From: Chthonomonadales bacterium | GTDB lineage: Bacteria > Armatimonadota > Chthonomonadetes > Chthonomonadales > CAJBBX01 | Assembly (NCBI GenBank): GCA_049967475.1 | Contig: JBMFSQ010000013.1 | Coordinates: forward strand, 1 to 64,000 | Length of the DNA stretch: 64,000 nucleotides | Reading direction: 5' to 3' | Shown: positions 56,998-64,000 of the stretch, piece by piece | Layout: each line of letters begins with the position of its first letter | Numbering within the stretch: the first letter of the stretch is position 1 | The notes under the pieces: generated by a model | Seen by the model: the letters and a program-made list of their open reading frames with translations, nothing else | What the model was told of the DNA's origin: nothing | Database searches by the model: none | Made by a program: the position numbers and the translations under genes

Positions 56998-58581
56998 TCA
57001 CTCGCTCTCGTGGAGGCACGCCAACCGGATCAAGCCGTATACCACCCCATCCAGCAAAGCGTGCCAGCTCGCCTCGATCATGTTCGTGGACACGCCCACG
57101 GTGGCCCATTGGGCGTCGCCATCGGTGGAGTTGATGATGGTGCGCACCTTGGCCGCAGTTCCCTCGCGCACATTTACCACGCGCACCTTGAAGTCCGTCA
57201 GCTTGATTTGCTGAAGCTCCGGATAGAACTTCAAGAGGGCTTTGCGCAGCGCCGAGTCCAAGGCATGCACGGGTCCATCGCCTTCCGCCACGGTAAGTTC
57301 TTCGTGGCCATTCACGGCGAGCTTCACGGTGGCCTCGGTAACCGGCTCTTCGCCCGGCCGCTTCTCCACGATCACGCGAAAGCCCCGCACATCGAAGAGC
57401 TTGCGGTACGTACCCGCTGCCTGCATCAGGAGGAGCTCAAACGATGCCTCGGCCCCCTCAAAGGAATAGCCCTCGCGCTCCAGATCGCCCACCTTGCGCA
57501 ACACCGCCCGCGTCTCCGGCGCGCCCTTCGTAAGGTCTATGGCATGCCGCGCCGCCTTGGACACGATGGTGGCTCCTCCTGAGAGTTCCGACACCAGCAT
57601 CCTCCGGGAATTGCCCACCGCCTCTGGCGCCACGTGCTCGTAGGTTGAACGGTGCTTCAACACGGAGTCCACGTGGACCCCGGCCTTGTGGGCAAAGGCG
57701 CTGCGCCCTACGTACGGCTGCCGATTATTGGGCACGAGGTTCGCAACCTCGTCTACAAACTGCGAGAGGGTCGTAAGATGCTCCAGGGAGTGCGGCTGCA
57801 GGCAGTCCAAGCCAAGCTTCAACTTAAGGTTCGCAACGATGGAGCACAGGTTGGCATTCCCGCACCGCTCCCCGAACCCATTCACTGTTCCCTGCACGTG
57901 GACGGCGCCGGCGCGCACGGCAGCAAGGGTATTGGCGACACCGCACCCCGTGTCGTCATGAGCATGGATGCCGATGGCCGATCGTACCTGAGCGCGCACG
58001 CCGCTCGTGATCTCCTCTACCTCGTGGGGAAGACACCCGCCGTTGGTGTCGCACAGAACAAGCATCCGAGCCCCTGCCTCCTCCGCAGCGCGCAAGCACT
58101 TCAGGGCGTAGCCAGGGTTGTGCTTGTACCCGTCGAAGAAATGCTCCGCATCGAAGATCACTTCCTCCACTCGCGGCACAAGGTAGGATATCGTGTCGTA
58201 AATCATGTCCAGGTTCGCCTGGAGCGGCGCCTTCAGGGCATGGGTCACGTGAAAATCCCAGCTCTTCCCAAAGACCGTTACAACAGGCGTTCCGGCTGCC
58301 ACAAGCATCTGAACCAGATCGTCCTCCGCCGCACTCCGATCTCGTCGCCGGGTGCTGCCGAAGGCCACGACCCGCGCATGGGCGAACTTCACACGCTTGA
58401 GCTGTTCGAAAAGATCTATGTCCTTGGGATTGGACCCCGGCCAACCCGCCTCGATGTAGTCCATCCCGAACTCATCCAGCTTGCGGGCGATGCGCAATTT
58501 GTCCTCCAGCGAGAAGCTCACTCCTTCCGCCTGAGACCCATCGCGCAGGGTCGTGTCGTAGATTGCAATCCGTTGGTGCAT
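56998..58581 (-). CDS. cimA: Citramalate synthase
   Basis: DTTLRDGSQAEG, GWPGSNPKD, FDAEHFFDG, CDTNGG, AFAHKAGVH, VSELSG, EGDGPV.ALD. Confidence 0.92.
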   Translation of the reverse strand: MHQRIAIYDTTLRDGSQAEGVSFSLEDKLRIARKLDEFGMDYIEAGWPGSNPKDIDLFEQLKRVKFAHARVVAFGSTRRRDRSAAEDDLVQMLVAAGTPVVTVFGKSWDFHVTHALKAPLQANLDMIYDTISYLVPRVEEVIFDAEHFFDGYKHNPGYALKCLRAAEEAGARMLVLCDTNGGCLPHEVEEITSGVRAQVRSAIGIHAHDDTGCGVANTLAAVRAGAVHVQGTVNGFGERCGNANLCSIVANLKLKLGLDCLQPHSLEHLTTLSQFVDEVANLVPNNRQPYVGRSAFAHKAGVHVDSVLKHRSTYEHVAPEAVGNSRRMLVSELSGGATIVSKAARHAIDLTKGAPETRAVLRKVGDLEREGYSFEGAEASFELLLMQAAGTYRKLFDVRGFRVIVEKRPGEEPVTEATVKLAVNGHEELTVAEGDGPVHALDSALRKALLKFYPELQQIKLTDFKVRVVNVREGTAAKVRTIINSTDGDAQWATVGVSTNMIEASWHALLDGVVYGLIRLACLHESE

Positions 58582-58602
58582 CAGCCTTCCATTCCATAAA
58601 TG

Positions 58603-58941
58603 CTAGAGAGCTGCCTCGCCGCGTTCCCCCGTCCGGATCCTGATGGCATCCTCCACGGTGGACACGAACACCTTACCGTCACCGATCTCTCCTGTGTGGG
58701 CAGCTTCCAAAACAGCCTCCACGGCTTCTTCAGCCCGCTCGTCGGGTACAACAAACTCCACCTTGATCTTGGGAAGTAAGTTTACCACGTAGGTATTGCC
58801 CCGGTACTTCTCCGTACGGCCGCGCTGCCGCCCGTAACCGCGCACGTCCGTCACCGTCATTCCGGTGATGCCGATGGCGGATAGCGCCTCCTTCACGTCG
58901 TCAATCTTGATCGGACGGATCACGCACTCAATCTTCTTCAT
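58603..58941 (-). CDS. glnB: P-II nitrogen regulatory protein
   Basis: MKKIE..IRP, GYGRQRG...[21 protein letters not shown]. Confidence 0.93.
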   Translation of the reverse strand: MKKIECVIRPIKIDDVKEALSAIGITGMTVTDVRGYGRQRGRTEKYRGNTYVVNLLPKIKVEFVVPDERAEEAVEAVLEAAHTGEIGDGKVFVSTVEDAIRIRTGERGEAAL

Positions 58942-60025
58942 GGATGGCCTCCAGCGCCGAGAGAACCGCATCCCCCATCTCCGTAGTGGATGCCGCCCGT
59001 TCACCCGGCCGTGCGATATCCGCAGTGCGCACTCCACGCTCGAGTACGCATTCCACGGCTCGTTCTACAGCCGCAGCCGCAGCTTCGTTCCCAAGGGAAA
59101 AACGCAGAAGCATCGCTGCAGAGAGGATCGCCGCCAGAGGGTTGGCAACGTTGCGGCCCGCAATATCGGGCGCCGAACCGTGGATCGGCTCGAACAGCCC
59201 CCTGGAGCCCTCCCCCAGGCTCGCTGAAGGAAGCATGCCCAGGCTCCCGGTAAGCATGCTCGCCTCATCGCTGAGTATATCTCCGAACAGGTTCTCGGTG
59301 ACGATAACGTCGAATTGGCGCGGGTTACGCACAAGCTGCATGGCACAGTTATCCACCAACATGTGGCTCAGCTCTACATCCGGATACTCCGCAGCGACGC
59401 GGCTCACCGTGTCTCGCCAAAGCCGTGAGGTCTCCAGCACATTCGCCTTATCTACAGAACAGACGCGCTTGGACCTCCCAAGAGCTGCCTCAAATCCCAC
59501 GCGGGCGATGCGCTCGATCTCCTCAACGCTGTAGACGCACGTGTCCACAGCCCGGCGCCCGTCGGCCGTCCGGAACTTGGGTTCCCCGAAGTAGATGCCT
59601 CCGGTGAGCTCGCGTACCACCAGCAGGTTCAGGCCATCGCCGATGACTTCCAGCTTCAAAGATGAAGCAGACGCCAGGGCTGCGTACAATTTCACCGGGC
59701 GCAAGTTCGCGAAGAGGCCCAGCTCCTTGCGCAGCGGCAGAAGGGCTCCCGCCTCTGGGCGCAGAGAAGCAGGTTGAACCTGGTCCCATTTGGGGCCGCC
59801 TACCGCACCCAGCAACACAGCGTCGGCACGGCGGCACAGCTCCAGGGTGTCTGATGGAAGGGGATGGCCCGTGGCATCGTAGGCACATCCCCCAATCAGC
59901 GCCTCTTCCATCTGCACGCTCATGCCGAAACGCCGGCATGCAGCCTGCAACACTCGCTTCGCCTGGGATATAATCTCGGGCCCGATTCCGTCTCCAGGCA
60001 ATACCGCAATCAACTTTGTCGTCAT
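58928..60025 (-). CDS. leuB: 3-isopropylmalate dehydrogenase
   Basis: [48 protein letters not shown]. Confidence 0.97.
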   Translation of the reverse strand: MTTKLIAVLPGDGIGPEIISQAKRVLQAACRRFGMSVQMEEALIGGCAYDATGHPLPSDTLELCRRADAVLLGAVGGPKWDQVQPASLRPEAGALLPLRKELGLFANLRPVKLYAALASASSLKLEVIGDGLNLLVVRELTGGIYFGEPKFRTADGRRAVDTCVYSVEEIERIARVGFEAALGRSKRVCSVDKANVLETSRLWRDTVSRVAAEYPDVELSHMLVDNCAMQLVRNPRQFDVIVTENLFGDILSDEASMLTGSLGMLPSASLGEGSRGLFEPIHGSAPDIAGRNVANPLAAILSAAMLLRFSLGNEAAAAAVERAVECVLERGVRTADIARPGERAASTTEMGDAVLSALEAIHEED

Positions 60026-60046
60026 CGGTGGGTGGGTTCCTATAGA

Positions 60047-60547
60047 TCAGTTGTATGATGGTCCGTCTTCATGGCGCAGGGGTTTACGGACGAGATCCAA
60101 GAACGGCTCAAAACCCATGGCCGCCCAGAAGGCGCGGGCATCGGGGTTGGCGTGGGCCACAAAAAGCTCCACGTCCGTGGCGTCCCTCGCAGCGAACCAT
60201 TCCAGGATAGCCGCCACCAATCCCCGGCCGATGCCGCGCCGGCGCCATTGCGGAAGCACAAAAAGGTCCGATATGAAGCCGTACCGTCCCGCGGGATAGA
60301 TGGGCCTTCGGTTCTGAAGCCAACCCAGCGCATACCCCACGACTGCCCCCTCCGCTTCGGCTACGAGTACCAGCGCCTGCCTCGATGCCATGGCTTCCAG
60401 GAAGTGCCTCTTCAGATCGCGGTCCACATCGGCGCCGAACCGAAAGCGTGCGTCACGCTCCCGATGAAGATCCATCATCTGATGCCACAACTGCTGGAGC
60501 ACAGGCAGATCGCTGCGGCGCCCATTCCTCAGCATCCACGGAGCCAT
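60047..60547 (-). CDS. GNAT acetyltransferase
   Basis: FVLPQWRRRGIG, N.DARAFW..MGF. Confidence 0.88.
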   Translation of the reverse strand: MAPWMLRNGRRSDLPVLQQLWHQMMDLHRERDARFRFGADVDRDLKRHFLEAMASRQALVLVAEAEGAVVGYALGWLQNRRPIYPAGRYGFISDLFVLPQWRRRGIGRGLVAAILEWFAARDATDVELFVAHANPDARAFWAAMGFEPFLDLVRKPLRHEDGPSYN

Positions 60548-60550
60548 GGG

Positions 60551-61168
60551 CTACGCCGATGGGCTCAAACTGGGCAGCCACGATGGCCGTGCGGCCTCGA
60601 AGCGCCCGATTTCGGCTTCATGCTGCAGGGTGAGGGCAATCTCGTCCAACCCCTCGAGCAAACAGCGGCGCTGGAATTCGTCCATGCTGAAAGAAAAGGA
60701 AAGCGCACCCTCATCGTACACTCGGCACGCCGCCAGATCCACGGTGATACGCCAGCCCGGCTTCTCCTTGGCTTTGGCTAGGATCCGGGCAATGCCATCC
60801 TCCGGAAGTACCACCGGCAGCAAGCCGTTCTTGAGGCAGTTGTTATAGAAGATGTCCGCAAAGGACGGTGCAAGGATCGCCCGAAAGCCAAAGTCCAGCA
60901 GCGCCCATGGAGCATGCTCGCGGGAGGATCCGCTGCCGAAGTTCTTGCCCGCCACCAAGATCGAGGCCCCTTGGTATCCCGGTTCGTTCAATACGAAGTC
61001 TGCCCGTGGTGACCCGTCCTCATGGTAGCGCCAGTCATAGAACAGGTATCGGCCGAAGCCGGTTCGCTCCACCAACTTCAGGAACTGTTTGGGAATGATC
61101 TGGTCCGTGTCTACGTTCGCCCGATCCAGCGGGGCTACAATCCCGGTGTGCTTCACAAAGGGCTGCAT
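60551..61168 (-). CDS. leuD: 3-isopropylmalate dehydratase small subunit
   Basis: NVDTDQIIPKQFL, NFGSGSSREHAPWAL, GLDEI. Confidence 0.97.
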   Translation of the reverse strand: MQPFVKHTGIVAPLDRANVDTDQIIPKQFLKLVERTGFGRYLFYDWRYHEDGSPRADFVLNEPGYQGASILVAGKNFGSGSSREHAPWALLDFGFRAILAPSFADIFYNNCLKNGLLPVVLPEDGIARILAKAKEKPGWRITVDLAACRVYDEGALSFSFSMDEFQRRCLLEGLDEIALTLQHEAEIGRFEAARPSWLPSLSPSA

Positions 61169-61210
61169 TTTGTGTCCTTCCTTCCCTTGATATGGCGCCC
61201 CCACTTGGGC

Positions 61211-62620
61211 CTAAAGGCTCCAGCGGCGCACATCCACCAAATGCCCGGCGATCGCTGCCGCAGCGGCCATCTCAGGGCTCATCAGGTGGGTGCGCCCCCC
61301 CTTGCCTTGGCGCCCTTCAAAATTGCGGTTGGACGTGGAGGCGCAGCGCTCACCCGGCTGAAGAACGTCGGGGTTCATTCCCAAACACATGGAACAGCCT
61401 GCCTCCCTCCACTCGAAGCCGGCGCCGCGGAAGATGCGGTCCAGCCCCTCCCGCTCGGCCTGGCGCTTGACGCCTGCAGAGCCCGGCACCACCAAGGCCC
61501 TCACGCCGGGCGCCACCCTCTTCCCCTCTACGATGCGCGCCGCCGCCCTCAGGTCCTCGATGCGGCCGTTTGTGCAAGAGCCGATGAACACGCGATCTAT
61601 GGAGATTGCCTCCATCGGTGTGCCCGGGCGCAGATCCATGTACTCCAGCGCCCGCGCGGCAGCCTTCCGATCTGCAGCAGAGGCGAACTGGGATGGGTCG
61701 GGCACGCGCCCCGTAATCGGAACCGCTTGCCCTGGGTTCGTGCCCCAGGTGACCGTGGGCTCAAGGTCCGCCCCGTTGATTTCAACCACCCTGTCGTAGG
61801 ATGCGCCCGGGTCGGTACTCAGCGCCCGCCAGGCATCCAGCGCCTGCTCCCATCGAACCCCCTTCGGCGCGTACGGGCGGCCTTCGATGTAGGCAAAGGT
61901 AGTGTCATCGGGAGCCACCATCCCGGCTCGTGCACCCGCTTCGATGGACATATTGCACACCGTCATCCTTCCTTCCATGGAAAGGCTCCGAATGACCTCC
62001 CCGGTGTACTCCACCACGTGCCCTGTGGCGCCGTCCGTTCCGATACGGGCTATGATGCCCAGGATTACGTCCTTGGCCGTGACGCCTAATCCCAAAGACC
62101 CGTTCACGCGAATCTCCATGGTGCGCGGCCGATGCTGCTGCAAGCATTGTGTCGCCAATACGTGCTCCACCTCGCTGGTGCCGATGCCGAAGGCCAACGC
62201 CCCGAAGGCTCCGTGTGTGGAAGTATGGCTGTCCCCGCACACAATGGTCATGCCGGGGAGGGTCAATCCGAGCTCCGGCCCGATGATGTGCACGATGCCC
62301 TGGTTCGGATGGCGTATATCGAAGAGCGTAACGCCGAACTCGCGGCAGTTGCGTTGGAGAACCTCCATCTGCTTCCGGCTGACGGGATCCGCCGCCTCCT
62401 CTGAGCGCCCTGTAGTCGGGACGTTGTGATCCATGGTGGCACACGTCAAGTCCGGACGGCGCACCCGCCTGCCGTTGAGGCGCAACCCGTCAAAGGCTTG
62501 GGGTGAGGTCACTTCGTGTACAAGGTGCAAGTCTATGTAGAGCAGGGCCGGCTCACCCTTGGCGGCATAGACTTCGTGGGCGCTCCAAATCTTCTCGAAC
62601 AGTGTCCGTGGTTGTGTCAT
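61211..62620 (-). CDS. leuC: 3-isopropylmalate dehydratase large subunit
   Basis: [53 protein letters not shown]. Confidence 0.97.
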   Translation of the reverse strand: MTQPRTLFEKIWSAHEVYAAKGEPALLYIDLHLVHEVTSPQAFDGLRLNGRRVRRPDLTCATMDHNVPTTGRSEEAADPVSRKQMEVLQRNCREFGVTLFDIRHPNQGIVHIIGPELGLTLPGMTIVCGDSHTSTHGAFGALAFGIGTSEVEHVLATQCLQQHRPRTMEIRVNGSLGLGVTAKDVILGIIARIGTDGATGHVVEYTGEVIRSLSMEGRMTVCNMSIEAGARAGMVAPDDTTFAYIEGRPYAPKGVRWEQALDAWRALSTDPGASYDRVVEINGADLEPTVTWGTNPGQAVPITGRVPDPSQFASAADRKAAARALEYMDLRPGTPMEAISIDRVFIGSCTNGRIEDLRAAARIVEGKRVAPGVRALVVPGSAGVKRQAEREGLDRIFRGAGFEWREAGCSMCLGMNPDVLQPGERCASTSNRNFEGRQGKGGRTHLMSPEMAAAAAIAGHLVDVRRWSL

Positions 62621-62827
62621 CCTTTAACTTCCGTTTCCTCCTCACGTAAAGCCTAGACCGATCCCGCCGCCATCTTCCCGTAATGATACCGGGAACGTCT
62701 CAAAGGAATAGCCCTCCGGCGCGTGGAAATCTATTGATGTCGGCAGCCGATAACATACTCAACAGCAGTATTCCCTGATCTGACGGACCTTCACTCCCTG
62801 CGTTCCCAAGGAGGCACGTCCCGAACC

Positions 62828-63436
62828 GTGAGACTGCTCTGTTTCAGCGACGTCCACGCCGATGTCGCGGCGATCCAAAGCATCGTGAGCCGCGCCGCCC
62901 ACGCCGATCTGCTGATTGGTGCAGGCGATTTTGCTACCCTCCGCAGGCGGCTGGACACGGCCATCTCCCTCCTTCGGCAAGCGCCGGTCCCCGCCATACT
63001 CGTACCAGGCAACCACGAAAGCTATGAAGAGCTTGTGGAGGCCTGCCGCCGATGGCCCGCAGCCCATGTTCTTCACGGCTCGGCCGTGGAAATCGCAGGC
63101 ATCCCGTTCTTCGGTCTGGGCGGCGGGGTTCCCATTACGCCCTTCGGCGCCTGGAGCTGGGACCTTACAGAGGACCAGGCCGCTGCCCTTCTTGCGCCCT
63201 GCCCTCCAGGATGCGTTCTCGTGAGCCACTCGCCGCCCCGGGGCATCCTCGACGGCAGTTCCCAGGGACGAAGCCTTGGCAGTACCGCGGTGCTTCAGGC
63301 AATCCGCTGCAAACACCCCCGCCTTGTGGTATGCGGTCATATCCATGAAGATGCCGGTGGCGTCGTCGAATCGGGCGGGACAACGGTGATCAATGCCGGG
63401 CCGGCTGGCGTAGAATGGCACCTGGACATCCCCTGA
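62828..63436 (+). CDS. Metallophosphoesterase (calcineurin-like)
   Basis: SDVH, AGD, PGNHE, SHSPP, CGHIHE. Confidence 0.92.
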   Translation: MRLLCFSDVHADVAAIQSIVSRAAHADLLIGAGDFATLRRRLDTAISLLRQAPVPAILVPGNHESYEELVEACRRWPAAHVLHGSAVEIAGIPFFGLGGGVPITPFGAWSWDLTEDQAAALLAPCPPGCVLVSHSPPRGILDGSSQGRSLGSTAVLQAIRCKHPRLVVCGHIHEDAGGVVESGGTTVINAGPAGVEWHLDIP

Positions 63437-63440
63437 GGCG

Positions 63441-64000
63441 CTAGATGCGCTCCAGCGTGGGCGCCTGCTGCGATGCAGACGTCCGGTCTATCAGCTTGTT
63501 GAGTGCGTGCATATAGGCCTTCGCGCTGGCGACGCAGATGTCGCTGTCGGCGCCCCGCCCGGTATAGATGTCGTTCCCCTGCCGGATCCGTATCGTCACC
63601 TCGGCCAGAGCGTCTATACCCTCCGTTACCGCCTGAACCGAAAACTCGATGAGGTCGTTCTCCACACGCACGATGCGGTTGATGGCGCGGTAGATGGCGT
63701 CTACGGGGCCCGTGCCGTGGTCGGAATCCACCAAGATGTCGCCCCCCGGATCCCGAAGCTGAACCGTCGCAGTTGGGATGCTGTGATCTCCGCACGTAAC
63801 CTGCACATGCATCAGTTCATACGACACGCGCACCGAGGAGGTCTCGTCCGCCACGATGGCTTCCAGATCTTCGTCGTACACCATCTTCTTCTGGTCAGCC
63901 ACTTGCAGAAATCGCTCATAGACCTTGTCGAGCTGCGCCTCATCCAATTGAAAGCCCAGCTCGGCCAGCCGGTGCTGCAACGCATGCCGGCCGGAGCGTG
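63441..64000 (-). CDS. leuA: 2-isopropylmalate synthase, C-terminal part (runs off the window)
   Basis: SGRHAL..RL.ELG, ADQKK, GTGPVDAIY, AVTEGIDALAEV, ASAKAYMHALN regulatory domain. Confidence 0.9.
   Translation of the reverse strand, partial: RSGRHALQHRLAELGFQLDEAQLDKVYERFLQVADQKKMVYDEDLEAIVADETSSVRVSYELMHVQVTCGDHSIPTATVQLRDPGGDILVDSDHGTGPVDAIYRAINRIVRVENDLIEFSVQAVTEGIDALAEVTIRIRQGNDIYTGRGADSDICVASAKAYMHALNKLIDRTSASQQAPTLERI

Noticed and set aside
62621..62760. Leucine attenuator/leader peptide upstream of leuC
   Set aside because: The short ORF has no Leu run, and no terminator/antiterminator pair or T-box is evident
1..64000. CRISPR arrays, transposases, phage or defence genes
   Set aside because: No regularly spaced repeats or diagnostic protein motifs found by eye

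Overview
High-GC, gene-dense bacterial chromosomal window with about 55 CDS and one tRNA-Ser(GCT). No CRISPR array, prophage or IS element was seen. The gene content (DUF1559 prepilin-like, DUF1549/1553-DUF1501, DUF6785-type proteins) tentatively suggests an Armatimonadota-like organism. Housekeeping parts are leuA(partial)/leuC/leuD/leuB/P-II/cimA, aconitase, queG, rsfS and a dGTPase. The strongest candidate for an undescribed system is a minus-strand respiratory cluster at 25186-34011. It encodes a NarK transporter, a Tat-less type II DMSO-reductase-family Mo enzyme with Asp at the first FS0 ligand position, a single polypeptide fusing an Fe-S beta subunit + cytochrome c + NarI-like b-heme domain, a Rieske protein, a cytochrome b with no c1 gene, and an alginate-export-type porin. 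Its two promoters share an identically positioned 22-bp palindromic operator. Other leads: a Cys-rich DUF1559/OB-fold/FMN-binding/ABC operon, a possible C-terminal selenocysteine in an FmdB protein, an HmgA-like protein with altered active-site residues, a TPR gene broken by an in-frame TAA, and a P-II gene embedded in the leu/cimA operon. All assignments come from reading motifs by eye; no searches were run. Start codons were refined manually.
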